From NCBI GenBank assembly GCA_963666985.2, contig CAXXIA010000002.1, positions 1,376,001 through 1,440,000 of the forward strand: a stretch of 64,000 nt of DNA, in the 5' to 3' direction. Position numbers and translations under genes: made by a program. This DNA comes from Spirochaetia bacterium (GTDB taxonomy: Bacteria; Spirochaetota; Spirochaetia; DSM-2461). Under the pieces are notes generated by a model. That model saw nothing but the letters and a program-made list of their open reading frames with translations, made no database searches and was not told the DNA's origin. Each line of letters starts with the position of its first letter. The first letter of the stretch is position 1. This document shows positions 10,084 through 19,922 of this stretch, in pieces.

Positions 10084-10313
10084 CCCGCGAAAGCGATTGC
10101 AGGGACGCCGAAGGCGGTCGGGCTGTAATTTTTACAGCCTGACGGAACTCCCGAAAAGCGCGGTTTTCGCCCGGTCGCCACGAGCGGCGGGGCGAAAATT
10201 CGCCAAAAAAAACGATACGATTCAATGCAAAGCATTAACCTTGCTATTCTTCGGACAGAAGGCGTCGTCGCCTCAGCCATGCCAAAGCTTTGCTTTGTCG
10301 TGGCCTTCGGCTC
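10084..10313. repeat. REP-like multi-hairpin element between convergent operons
   Basis: Hairpins GTCGGGCTGTAA/TTACAGCCTGAC (10117-10143) and TTTTCGCCC/GGGCGAAAA (10164-10198), plus nested CCGCG/CGCGG pairing. Confidence 0.5.
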
Positions 10314-11273
10314 CTAGCCCTTAACCCCGCCTTCGGACATGCCGCCGGTCAGATTTTTCTGAATCGCCATGAACAAGGCCATTACCGGCAGCGCGGTAAG
10401 CATGGATGCCGCCATAATTCTGTCCCAGATCGCGTTTTTTGAAACAAAAAGACTCCGCAGTCCGATGGGAAGGGTATACAGCTCCTTATATCCTTTCAGA
10501 AATACCGAGGCGAATAGATATTCGTTCCAGGCAATCATAAATGCATAGATGAACACGGTGGCGATGGCCGAACCGGCCAAGGGAATTACAATACGCCAGA
10601 TAATTCCGAAACGGGAAACACCTTCAATCAAAGCGGCCTCTTCGATGGAATAAGGAATGGTACGGAAAAAATTCCCCAGCATGTACAGAGAAACGGGCAA
10701 AGTCTGCACCAGATAAATAATCAGTAAGACCGTATAAGTTCCCGCGGGAGTGGCCAAGAAGCCCAGAGCCACGGCGATTCGATACAAAGGAATCAACAGC
10801 AGAATCCCGCCGATCATATAGACGAAAAGAACGCCCCGCTGAATCACCGCCCTTCCTTTATACCGAAGACGGCAGAATGAATACGCACCGAAAATAGCGA
10901 GAAAAACAGACAATGCCGCCGCACTCACCGCCAGGGCGAGAGAGTTGCGGAAATACTTTAAAAAGGGAAACACATCACTGGAATCCTTATACTTGGCCAA
11001 AATATCATTTTTCTGCTGACGGGTGAGTTCCGATTCTTCAAGAAGAATTTTCACCGATTCGGGAACATGCTTTTCTTCCTGCCCGATATTAAGCAGTTCG
11101 GCATAGGCTCCCCAGTTCAGCTGCGTAGGAATCAGCGAAGGATTCCCCCAATCCCACTGATACTTCAACGACATGGAAAGCATCTGCAGAAAGGGGAAAA
11201 TCGCAAAAAGGACAATTAACAGAACCAGAAGAGCAAAGCCGATTTCCCGCGGAATGCTTTTCGCTTTTACCAT
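10314..11273 (-). CDS. Carbohydrate ABC transporter permease (MalG/YcjP-like)
   Basis: YFRNS, IEEAALIEG (EAA loop), AWNEYLFA, TLPIGL. Confidence 0.9.
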   Translation of the reverse strand: MVKAKSIPREIGFALLVLLIVLFAIFPFLQMLSMSLKYQWDWGNPSLIPTQLNWGAYAELLNIGQEEKHVPESVKILLEESELTRQQKNDILAKYKDSSDVFPFLKYFRNSLALAVSAAALSVFLAIFGAYSFCRLRYKGRAVIQRGVLFVYMIGGILLLIPLYRIAVALGFLATPAGTYTVLLIIYLVQTLPVSLYMLGNFFRTIPYSIEEAALIEGVSRFGIIWRIVIPLAGSAIATVFIYAFMIAWNEYLFASVFLKGYKELYTLPIGLRSLFVSKNAIWDRIMAASMLTALPVMALFMAIQKNLTGGMSEGGVKG

Positions 11274-12139
11274 TTGAGCACCTTCTTCACGTAATAAAGA
11301 ATAAAACCGACAAGCAGGGCAAATTGAAGAATCACCAGCGCCGAACCCTGTCCAAGTTCGGCAACTCCGACAAACGCTTTGAAATACGTATAAACCGAAA
11401 GAACCTTTACGTTATCGGTCAAAAGATAAATATCTTCAAACTTGTTGAAATTCCAAATCACCCGAAGCAGCACGATGGAACCCATCACAAAATACAATTC
11501 CGGCATTGTAATATACCGGAACTTCTGCCATCCTCCGGCGCCGTCCACGTCGGCCGCTTCGTAGAGATTCCTGTCTATGGCCTGAAGCCTGGAAAGAAGC
11601 ATCAAATACGTAAAGGGAAAATTCTTCCAGATACTGAAAATAATAGCCACCCATAGAGCCGACTCGGGATTGCCGATCAGATTAAAACGCTGATCGAAAA
11701 GCCCCAGCCGTTCAACCGTGATATCAATAAAAAGGCCGTTCACCGGATCAAAGAAAAATTTCCAGGCGTATACAACGGAAAAAACAGGCGCAACATACGG
11801 CAGCAGAATCAAACTGCGCACAAACCCTCTCAGCGGGAACTTTCTGTTCATCACCAGAGCCACACCCAGGCCCACGAGAGTCGTCCCGATCGTGGTTCCC
11901 GTTACGTATACAAAAGTTACCAGAACCGCTCTCCAAAACGAGCCGTCGGTAACGATGTTCCGGTAATTTTCCAGTCCGATGAAGGTATCCGGCTCCATCA
12001 GAGACACTTTGAAAAAACTGGAGAAAATATTGGTAAGAATTGGATAAAGAATGAGGCTGAGGATAATAATCACCGAAGGCGCGATTAATCCCCATCCCAA
12101 TACCGATTCACGCTGCTGAAGATTCAGTTTTGTACTCAT
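11267..12139 (-). CDS. Carbohydrate ABC transporter permease (MalF/YcjO-like)
   Basis: FIGLENY, WKNFPF, LQAID..LYEAADVDGA. Confidence 0.9.
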   Translation of the reverse strand: MSTKLNLQQRESVLGWGLIAPSVIIILSLILYPILTNIFSSFFKVSLMEPDTFIGLENYRNIVTDGSFWRAVLVTFVYVTGTTIGTTLVGLGVALVMNRKFPLRGFVRSLILLPYVAPVFSVVYAWKFFFDPVNGLFIDITVERLGLFDQRFNLIGNPESALWVAIIFSIWKNFPFTYLMLLSRLQAIDRNLYEAADVDGAGGWQKFRYITMPELYFVMGSIVLLRVIWNFNKFEDIYLLTDNVKVLSVYTYFKAFVGVAELGQGSALVILQFALLVGFILYYVKKVLKW

Positions 12140-12168
12140 GACTCCGCCTGCCGCTTTAAAAATGAGAA

Positions 12169-12205
12169 AATCCCGGAAGCCGGCTTAAATCCGACTCCCG
12201 GGATT
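12169..12205 (-). terminator. Hairpin/terminator between the sugar-binding protein gene and permeases
   Basis: AATCCCGG..CCGGGATT stem followed by a T-rich tract on the minus strand. Confidence 0.6.
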
Positions 12206-12212
12206 GGGTTCT

Positions 12213-13583
12213 TTACATAATCTTCTTCATTTCCGCTTCAGCCCAGGACATGGCTTCATCAACACTCATACCTTCCTGAGTCACCTTGTAAATCATCTGA
12301 GGAATAATCTGCTTTGAGTAAATCACACTCGCCGCATCAATCCGCTTACCATCGACGATTCCGAAGGTTTCGATGCTGTCCAGTCCGTTGATAATCTCGG
12401 CCATCTTTTCCGGACCGTAATTTTCAAAGATCTTTTTGGGATCCTGCTGGAAGCGCGGATTCGTGGCAATCTCTTTCAGCACGGGATTCATGCCGCCGGG
12501 AGCCATGTGCAAAAACGTGATGTAGGCATTCGGAGAATATAAATAGCGGACAAATTTCCGAGCTGCGGCCGTTTTTGCCGAATCTCCGGTATCGGGGAAG
12601 GCCAGAGAGACGATTGTTCCGTAACCGGCCGGTCGCTTATTCGAAATAATGGGAACCATTCGGGTATTTTTCACCAAGTCCGGATCGAAGCTGGAACCGG
12701 CCAATTCGGCGAAGTTCTCGGCCGTCAGAGAACCGGCGGCAACTTCGGCCAACGCCAAATCGTCCATGATATAAGTGGAATAGAAGAACATGGCCATCTT
12801 GCCTTGAAGATAGTAATCACGAGCACGCCAGGTTTGCGGCCCGGGGGGATTGTATTTCGCCAGTTCGGCGTAGTATTCCACCGTTTCTTTCATTGCCGGA
12901 GAATTGAAAATCAAATTCCCGTTTTTATCGAAAAGACCGGCATTGTTGGACATGGCGAATTGTGTAAAGCATTGTTCCGAATAAGCTTCGGCCATTGTGC
13001 CGACAAGGATGCCGTATTGATTCTTCGCCGGATCATAGAAATACTTGGCGGCCTTGAGGATGTCTTCCCATGTTTCGGGAGGATTCAGCCCGGCCTTTTC
13101 AAACCAATCGTTCCGATACCATATTCCTTGAACCCACCCATGAAAAGGCAGCGAATAGAATCCGTCGCCGGCCCCGGTCTGATTAAGTTTCAATACACCG
13201 GAATAAAACTTATCCCGACCGATTTCATCAATCATTTCGGTTGCCGCGCTCCGATCCAAAAGACCGGCCGAACCGAAGGCCACGGTGTTGGGAGTGGCCG
13301 CTTCAATTAAAGCCGGAAGCGTTCCGGCGGCCGCCGCCGCGTTGATTTGAGTGGCCATGTCGTTTTCATCAACGGGAATAACGTTTACGGTTATATCCGG
13401 ATTCATTATCTGGAATGTATCGACAAGAACTTGAATCGTAGCCTGACGATCCGACTGAGTTTCCGTAGTCCAGAATTCAATCGTAACGGGCCCGGACGAC
13501 TTTTCCGGTTCGTCGCCGCCATTAGCAAACAGCGGAATACCAACCAGGGCGGCAGTCAAGACGATAAAGAAAACACGTTTCAT
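12213..13583 (-). CDS. Carbohydrate ABC transporter substrate-binding protein (YcjN-like)
   Basis: Signal peptide ..LFANGG; WVQGIWYRNDW, PETWEDIL, EQCFTQFAMSN, YSTYI recall E. coli YcjN. Confidence 0.85.
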   Translation of the reverse strand: MKRVFFIVLTAALVGIPLFANGGDEPEKSSGPVTIEFWTTETQSDRQATIQVLVDTFQIMNPDITVNVIPVDENDMATQINAAAAAGTLPALIEAATPNTVAFGSAGLLDRSAATEMIDEIGRDKFYSGVLKLNQTGAGDGFYSLPFHGWVQGIWYRNDWFEKAGLNPPETWEDILKAAKYFYDPAKNQYGILVGTMAEAYSEQCFTQFAMSNNAGLFDKNGNLIFNSPAMKETVEYYAELAKYNPPGPQTWRARDYYLQGKMAMFFYSTYIMDDLALAEVAAGSLTAENFAELAGSSFDPDLVKNTRMVPIISNKRPAGYGTIVSLAFPDTGDSAKTAAARKFVRYLYSPNAYITFLHMAPGGMNPVLKEIATNPRFQQDPKKIFENYGPEKMAEIINGLDSIETFGIVDGKRIDAASVIYSKQIIPQMIYKVTQEGMSVDEAMSWAEAEMKKIM

Positions 13584-13655
13584 GATTTTCTCCTTTAGCG
13601 CGTGATTGTTTTTCAATTATTTTCATGCCGATTTTTTTTCGGCACAACTTCAACC

Positions 13656-13675
13656 TGGTACCGGTTTGGTACCGG
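13656..13675. promoter_or_regulatory. Candidate response-regulator site (TGGTACCGG direct repeat, 11-bp period)
   Basis: TGGTACCGG at 13656-13664 and 13667-13675, between the regulator and the sugar-binding protein gene. Confidence 0.5.
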
Positions 13676-13700
13676 CCGAGGAATCATCCGGCTTGCTTTA

Positions 13701-14369
13701 TTAATGATTCAGAAGGTGCTGACAGAAATCCTTGAGTCTGGAATCTCGAGCCGCCTTCATAACACCGATCCGCTCGTGGATTTCCAACTTATGATAGATA
13801 TGGCTGATATGATTTTTCACCGTTTGTTCCGATAAATATAATTTCTCCGCGATGGAAGAATTTTCATATCCTCGGGACATCAGGAATAAAACTTCCCGTT
13901 CCCGGCTGCTGAGTTTCTCAATGGGGAAACTCCTCTCTTCTGCGGAAAAAGAAGCTTTCTCCACAAGATGAGAAACAACATCGGGAGAAAGCTGTACGGT
14001 ACCGGCGAGCACATTCCGAATAGACATGATGAGAACCGCGGATGGAATATTTTTCAGAAGATATCCCGCCGCTCCATGAGCCAGAGCATCATGAACATAT
14101 TCATCGTCGTCAAAGGTGGTAAGAACCAAAATTGCCATATCGGGTGCCGATTCATGAATAAGACGCGTGGCTTCCACACCGTCCATAACCGGCATACGGA
14201 TGTCCATTAAAACCAAATCGGGCCGATGTTCCAAAGCCAAACGCACCGCTTCTTCACCGTTTTCCGCTATGGCGACAACTTCCAGGTCGGGATTCTGCTG
14301 CTCAAGGACGGTTTTCAGATTCTCAACAAAAAGCCTCTGATCGTCGGCCAGCAGAATACGTATGGACAT
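13701..14369 (-). CDS. NarL/LuxR family response regulator
   Basis: LLADD, DLVLMDIRMPVMDG, LTTFDD, GYLLK; C-terminal LSSREREVL..TVKNHI HTH. Confidence 0.95.
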   Translation of the reverse strand: MSIRILLADDQRLFVENLKTVLEQQNPDLEVVAIAENGEEAVRLALEHRPDLVLMDIRMPVMDGVEATRLIHESAPDMAILVLTTFDDDEYVHDALAHGAAGYLLKNIPSAVLIMSIRNVLAGTVQLSPDVVSHLVEKASFSAEERSFPIEKLSSREREVLFLMSRGYENSSIAEKLYLSEQTVKNHISHIYHKLEIHERIGVMKAARDSRLKDFCQHLLNH

Positions 14370-14374
14370 TTTCT

Positions 14375-15583
14375 CTATTCCTCTTTCGGCAAAGGCAGCC
14401 AAGCCCGGACTTCAAATCCGTCCGGACAGGGACCGAATTCCACCTCGCCGTTCAAAGCGCCGACCCGTTCCCTCATACCGGTGATTCCCAAACCTTCCAT
14501 CACTTCTCCGCCGCCTCTTCCATTATCACGGATAATCAGCCTGAGCACATCCTTATCATGCCGAAGATAAATCATTATTTCGGTAGCCATGCCGTGGCGG
14601 AAAGCGTTCGTCATCCCCTCCTGCACCAATCTGTAAACCGTCTTTTCCACAATAATCGGCCAGTTTGAGGGAACATTGCCGTAATCGGCACAAACACGAA
14701 TCCCGGTGACATCGCCGAAGGCCTTTACCAACCTCTGAATCGCCGAAATTCCCGAAGCCGCGGAAATTTCCCGTGTCCGAAGCTGTCTCATGGCCATTCG
14801 GGTCTGCTCAAGGCAAAGGTCGGCTTCTTCCACGGACTGTCGAATCAATTCAACGGTTTCATCAGGATTGTTATTCATCCGAAGCGTCGCCGCCTCAAGC
14901 ATCACGCGGATATTGGTTAAGGAATACCCGACGGTATCATGGATTTCCCTCGAAATTCGGCGTCTCTCTTCGGCAATCGAATCGCCCCGGACTTCTTGGG
15001 CGTAATGCTGGTATCCGAGATTTACTTCGGCCAGCCGGGAAACGGCCAAATCCAGCCGATCCACAGTGCCTCGCCATCGGGTTTCTCCATCCAATGCCCG
15101 GCGCAGCATCTGAGCCAAAACAATCGCAGGCAGCACCAACGCGGCAAAAACAATAAATTCTCCCGGATTCCAGCCGGAGACGGGAACGCCGAAAACACTT
15201 CGGTCCGGAATTACGGCAATCAACGCCGCTGAAAGGGTTAAGGCAATAATAATTCCGCCCCAAACCGTGCTTTGCCGAAAACCGGTTTCCTGTATAACGG
15301 CCAATACAAAAAGAACCGGTATATACGGATCTCCCGGAACGGCATAACAGTACAAATAGACGACCATCAGACGCAGAAGCAAAGTAAACCTGGAAATTTC
15401 AACGCCGAAGAACCCGCCGAAAATGGCTAAAAAGGCGGCGAATCCCAACAGAAATCGATATTGCCAGACAAATCGCTCAAGAAAAGGTATTTTTTCAACA
15501 ATTCCGGGAATCGACTTCCAAATCACCCAGTAGAGAAACAATGAAACGGCCGCGGCGGCAATACGGCTGTGTGATTTCACCAT
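14375..15583 (-). CDS. Membrane sensor histidine kinase (HisKA_3)
   Basis: N-terminal TM helices; EERRRISREIHDTVG, YRLVQEGMTNAFRH, DNGRG, GLGITGMRERV. Confidence 0.93.
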   Translation of the reverse strand: MVKSHSRIAAAAVSLFLYWVIWKSIPGIVEKIPFLERFVWQYRFLLGFAAFLAIFGGFFGVEISRFTLLLRLMVVYLYCYAVPGDPYIPVLFVLAVIQETGFRQSTVWGGIIIALTLSAALIAVIPDRSVFGVPVSGWNPGEFIVFAALVLPAIVLAQMLRRALDGETRWRGTVDRLDLAVSRLAEVNLGYQHYAQEVRGDSIAEERRRISREIHDTVGYSLTNIRVMLEAATLRMNNNPDETVELIRQSVEEADLCLEQTRMAMRQLRTREISAASGISAIQRLVKAFGDVTGIRVCADYGNVPSNWPIIVEKTVYRLVQEGMTNAFRHGMATEIMIYLRHDKDVLRLIIRDNGRGGGEVMEGLGITGMRERVGALNGEVEFGPCPDGFEVRAWLPLPKEE

Positions 15584-15604
15584 GCCGAACGCTCCGAAAA
15601 AAAA

Positions 15605-17485
15605 TCATTGGCCAAGCAGCGCCAAACTGAACCAGGGCACGTAAGTAATCAGGAGCACGGCCACCAGCAGGACGACCAAGAAGGGCCAAACCTGACGATA
15701 AATACGCGGCATCGGTTCTTCGAACGTATAACTGGCAAGGAATAAATTCATTCCCACAGGCGGCGTCAGGTAACCCAGCTGAAGATTGGCAAGAAAGATA
15801 ATTCCCAACTGAACCGGATGAACTCCGTAAAGCTCGCCTAATGGGATGATGAGCGGAGCAACCACCAGAATGGCCGAATAAATATCCATCAGAGTACCTG
15901 TAATCAGCAGCGCCAGATTCAAAAGAATCAAAAAGACGAAGCGGGACGAAACGTGATTGCGGAAGAACTCGGTCAGCATCATCGGCACCTGGGCGTCGAC
16001 AATGTAATAACTCAGTCCCTTGGCCATGGCCAGAATCACCAGAACGCCGCCGATAACGGGCACGCCCCGGCGCAAAACCCTCAAGATAAGTCCCAAATTC
16101 AACTCTCCGGTTACCAGAGTCAAAACGAGGACATACACCACGGCCAAAGCCGCCGTTTCCACGATGTTCGTCAAACCCGTGAAGTAGGAGACTAAAAGCA
16201 CAACCGGAAGAAGCAAATCGCCCGCCGCTCCCTTGGTCGCGGAAACCAATTCCTTCCAGTTAAAGGGAACTCTTTCTTTTTTGTTCCGCAGGGCCCGCAC
16301 GATGCCCATTCCCGAAAGCACCAATACCAGAAGAATCCCCGGCATAAGGCCGCCGAGAAACATATCCAAAATACTGATCTGCGCCGTCACGCCGTACATA
16401 ATGATGGGCAGCGCCGGAGGGAAAAGCAGACCGACGCTTCCGGATGAGGTGATCAGACCGCGGGAAAAATCTTTTCCATACTGATTACTTTCCACCAGAA
16501 CGGATGCCAATAATCCTCCGAGTGCGAGGATTGTTACGCCCGAAGCGCCCGTGAACGTCGTAAAATACGCACAGGCCACCACCGCCACCACCGCAAGACC
16601 GCCGGGAAGCGATCCCAAGAACGCCTGAAAAAAGCGGACAAGCCTTTTCCCGGACGAACATTCGGAGAGCAGATAACCGGTTACCGTAAACAGAGGAATC
16701 GCGGGGATCATGTTTCCGGAAAGCAGATTATACGCCTCATTGGGCATGGATTCCAAAGCACCCCAATTTCCGGCGAACAGGAGAAGTGCCGTGCCGCCGA
16801 GCATCAGGTAAATGGGCAGGCCGCGGACACCCAGAAAAATCAGCAGAATAATGAGCGGCCAGCGCAGCCAGGAAAAAACCATGTACCAGCCGTCCACCGT
16901 ATCGAAAAAGAAGAACGGCAGACCCGGAACGGCCATACCCAGCAAATTCACAACGGAAGGCCAGGAAAGCAGCAGGCCGATAAAAAGTCCCGGCACAAGC
17001 CAGCCGGAAGGTTTTTGATGAGGACGCCAAAGGGAACGGACGGACATGGAAAGATATCCGAAAGGCAGAATAATCAGCACCAATCGGAGCGGAAAAATAC
17101 CGACACTCTCGCCCGGCGCGAATCCCAGTACCAGAAACGACGCCGAAGCCACGGCAAAGGCCATGTTGACCGCGCCTGATGATACGTCTTTAACACCGTC
17201 CACGATTTTCCAAAAACGCTTCGTCGGCGGTATGGAAGAACTGAGCGAAAGATGAACGCCCTCGCGGGATGCGGCAATGCCGCCCACCCATGCAACCCAG
17301 ACAACAATGTGCTGGAGGAATCCCGCGGACCAGACCAGTCCCGATCCGGTGAGTTTTCTCAGAATAATTTCCACAACAGGTACAACGGCCAGTCCGAGGA
17401 GAAAAACTCCCGCGAGAAGATCCTCTATCAAGGCCATTCGGTTGTCCCGGAGGCTCATTGTCTTTTCCGGCATAGGCATCACCAA
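15605..17485 (-). CDS. TRAP transporter fused small/large permease (DctQM, TatQM-like)
   Basis: AIPLF, FTTFTGASG, GSVGLLFPPA, GYLTPPVGMNLF; 626 aa with an N-terminal DctQ-like segment. Confidence 0.92.
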   Translation of the reverse strand: MVMPMPEKTMSLRDNRMALIEDLLAGVFLLGLAVVPVVEIILRKLTGSGLVWSAGFLQHIVVWVAWVGGIAASREGVHLSLSSSIPPTKRFWKIVDGVKDVSSGAVNMAFAVASASFLVLGFAPGESVGIFPLRLVLIILPFGYLSMSVRSLWRPHQKPSGWLVPGLFIGLLLSWPSVVNLLGMAVPGLPFFFFDTVDGWYMVFSWLRWPLIILLIFLGVRGLPIYLMLGGTALLLFAGNWGALESMPNEAYNLLSGNMIPAIPLFTVTGYLLSECSSGKRLVRFFQAFLGSLPGGLAVVAVVACAYFTTFTGASGVTILALGGLLASVLVESNQYGKDFSRGLITSSGSVGLLFPPALPIIMYGVTAQISILDMFLGGLMPGILLVLVLSGMGIVRALRNKKERVPFNWKELVSATKGAAGDLLLPVVLLVSYFTGLTNIVETAALAVVYVLVLTLVTGELNLGLILRVLRRGVPVIGGVLVILAMAKGLSYYIVDAQVPMMLTEFFRNHVSSRFVFLILLNLALLITGTLMDIYSAILVVAPLIIPLGELYGVHPVQLGIIFLANLQLGYLTPPVGMNLFLASYTFEEPMPRIYRQVWPFLVVLLVAVLLITYVPWFSLALLGQ

Positions 17486-17737
17486 GTCAAAAGAACGGAA
17501 TATAGTAACATTCTATCTCAGTAAGACATTGAATGGGCCTTTTTCTCAAGACTTTCCGAATTGAAGTTTATAAAGGAAGGCCGAAATAGAGATTGATTCG
17601 ACAAAAAATATAATTTCAGCCGCCGATGAGGTCGTCAAATCGGGAGAAAGCCGGAAGCAAAAGAATCAAACGGCCACCGATACCCACTCGTAGAGCGGAG
17701 TGAAATCGGCGGCGTGATTTTCACCCGCCCGAGACAA

Positions 17738-19126
17738 TTAAAACGTATCGATATAACCCGTTTCGGCTTTTACCCGTTCCAGTTCACTCCGCAGCATCGG
17801 AAGAAGTTCATCTCCTTCGGGCGTACCGTAGAGATTGTGATACTGTCCGGGATCTTCCAACAGATCAAATATTTCCGGCCGCTTCTTATTATTCTGATAA
17901 GTGATATAGATATACCTATCGGTCCTCACCGCGGTGATTCCCGGAATGGGAATCGGATAAACCGGAAAATGCTCGTACAGCCAAGCGCTCCTCGTCGTCA
18001 TGGGACGGTCTTGAAGAATCGGCAGAACGCTCACCCCCTGCATGTTCTCCGGCACGGGAAGGCCGACAAGATCGAGCAGAGTCGGAGCCAGATCGATATT
18101 CAGCAGCATGTCGTCAACACGCCTTCCCGGATTATCAATGATTCCCGGTCCCCAGGCAAAAAAGGGAATCCTGATCGATTCCTCATAGGCGGACCGTTTA
18201 TCGTACAAACCGTGCTCTCCGAAATAATGGCCGTTATCCCCGGCGTAAATCACGAGAGTATTCTCATCCATTCCGGACTCTTTCAGGCTTTCAATGATTC
18301 GTCCCACTTGCTCGTCAAGAGAAAGAATGGTTTCGCAGTAGCGCTGATACAGGAACGGAAGCGGCGCCGGGGCCCCGACAAAAAGATTATCCCGGGTAAT
18401 CGTAAGCAGCGGATCGGCCTCCTGGGGAAGCTGTAAATCCGTATCATCGAACGTTCCGCGCAGATGTTTCGGCGGCAGGAAACCGAAATGAGCCGCTTTG
18501 TGCGAAAGGTAGAGACAGAACGGCTGGGAACGTTCTTTTTCAATGAACTCGAGCGCGAAATCGGTCAGATCCTCGGTAATGTATTTTCCGGGCCTCTCTT
18601 CTTCCGCTCCGTCGATAATAAGCGGACAGTTTTCATAAACGCCTTGTCCGCCTTGTGCCGTAAACGTGATGAAACGATCAATCCCGTCCACCTCGGGAAC
18701 CCCTTCTCCGGGCATATGCCATTTACCGATGAACGCCGTTTCATATCCGTTATCATGAAGAATCTCCAGAAAACTCGTATTTTGCTCTTCATCCCAGATG
18801 GTGTGATTGGTCGTTACGCCGTGAATGTGAGGATATTCTCCGGTTAAAAAACTGGCTCTGGAGGGACTGCAGAGCGAGGTTGTGCAGAACGAGTTTGAAA
18901 AAAGAATCCCACCTTCCGCGAGCGCATCAAGATTCGGTGTGTCGATAAACGGATGATTCATGCAGCCGAACGCGTCCCACCGGTGATCGTCGGCCAGAAT
19001 GAAAATGATATTGGGCCGGGGTTTAATTCTTTCATCTTCGGCCTTTTTTTCGGCCGACTGGGTAAACGCCGCGGTTGCCGTTGAAAACAAAATAACCGCA
19101 CTGACCATAAATTGTCTTATGTTCAT
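17738..19126 (-). CDS. Cys-type (formylglycine-dependent) sulfatase, probably exported
   Basis: PNIIFILADDHR, LCSPSRASFLTG (CxPxR), GKWHM, GDNG..GEHGLYDKR. Signal-peptide-like N-terminus MNIRQFMVSAVILFSTATAAF. Confidence 0.92.
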   Translation of the reverse strand: MNIRQFMVSAVILFSTATAAFTQSAEKKAEDERIKPRPNIIFILADDHRWDAFGCMNHPFIDTPNLDALAEGGILFSNSFCTTSLCSPSRASFLTGEYPHIHGVTTNHTIWDEEQNTSFLEILHDNGYETAFIGKWHMPGEGVPEVDGIDRFITFTAQGGQGVYENCPLIIDGAEEERPGKYITEDLTDFALEFIEKERSQPFCLYLSHKAAHFGFLPPKHLRGTFDDTDLQLPQEADPLLTITRDNLFVGAPAPLPFLYQRYCETILSLDEQVGRIIESLKESGMDENTLVIYAGDNGHYFGEHGLYDKRSAYEESIRIPFFAWGPGIIDNPGRRVDDMLLNIDLAPTLLDLVGLPVPENMQGVSVLPILQDRPMTTRSAWLYEHFPVYPIPIPGITAVRTDRYIYITYQNNKKRPEIFDLLEDPGQYHNLYGTPEGDELLPMLRSELERVKAETGYIDTF

Positions 19127-19137
19127 GGAATACTCCG

Positions 19138-19704
19138 CTATCCGAACAGTTTGATATACAAATCGAGAAACCAGAAATAGTAGAAATGCCCGAGTCTCCA
19201 GAAGAAAATCGTAAACAAAGCGATTCCTATTAAAAGAAAAACGGATTCTCTTCTGAAAAGGATTCTTGCGGCGGCGTCGCCGGAACGCTTTTTCTTTACG
19301 GAATGACAGACAATCGAAGCAAGTCCGATTTCCAGGAAAGCGAAGACAACCGGCGCCAAGATACAGTGATGAATCAGCAGAAGAAGAACTTCTCCGACTG
19401 AGAAAATGCCGAAGAATGACGATAAAATCATGAAACTCTTGAGAACCGGAGCCGTCAGTGAAGCAATGATTCTTTCTCCGAAACCGGCGCCCTTGAAAAA
19501 ACCGAAGATGTAAATAATGAGCGGTGAAATGAAGCTGCAGAGAATCATGCCGATCAATCCGCTCCAAACGGCAACATCGTTCCAAAAAGGATTTCCAACG
19601 GCGACGGACCGATTGTATATCAGTGTGAAAAGTACTGTTCCGATAACCGCCGCCGAAGAGGGAATCAGCGAACGGTTTATGATTTCTTTGGTTACTCTCT
19701 GCAC
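19138..19704 (-). CDS. Hypothetical integral membrane protein
   Basis: 188 aa with about 5 hydrophobic segments; AAGGAG RBS upstream; ends 11 nt before the sulfatase start. Confidence 0.7.
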   Translation of the reverse strand: MQRVTKEIINRSLIPSSAAVIGTVLFTLIYNRSVAVGNPFWNDVAVWSGLIGMILCSFISPLIIYIFGFFKGAGFGERIIASLTAPVLKSFMILSSFFGIFSVGEVLLLLIHHCILAPVVFAFLEIGLASIVCHSVKKKRSGDAAARILFRRESVFLLIGIALFTIFFWRLGHFYYFWFLDLYIKLFG

Positions 19705-19760
19705 AAGCTCCTCCTTAGAGAGTCTTTTTGTAATGCTGCTTACCGAATTACTTACCGAAT

Positions 19761-19908
19761 ATCCGCGCGATTCAGCTGTGTGCGCTCGCTATTTTGCTGT
19801 GTAAAACAGCTGTATGCGTTCGCTAATTCGCTTCGCAAATCAGCTGTGCGGACTCGCGGCTCGGCTTTGCCAAACCGCTGTTGCCCGCTAATTCGCCGCG
19901 CGATTCCG
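19761..19908. repeat. Degenerate 34-bp tandem repeat (~4.5 units)
   Basis: CAGCTGT/CCGCTGT cores at 19773, 19807, 19841 and 19875 (exact 34-bp period), most followed by CGC..TT(C/T)GC. Confidence 0.65.
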
Positions 19909-19922
19909 TCGACGGCCCGGAT

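Noticed and set aside
19127..19585. N-terminal extension of the sulfatase ORF in the ORF track
   Set aside because: It overlaps the membrane-protein gene in another frame. The better start is ATG 19126, with an RBS-like GGAG and a signal peptide.
19761..19908. Possible mini-CRISPR array
   Set aside because: The 34-bp period leaves no room for repeat plus unique spacer, the units are degenerate, and there are no cas genes in the window.
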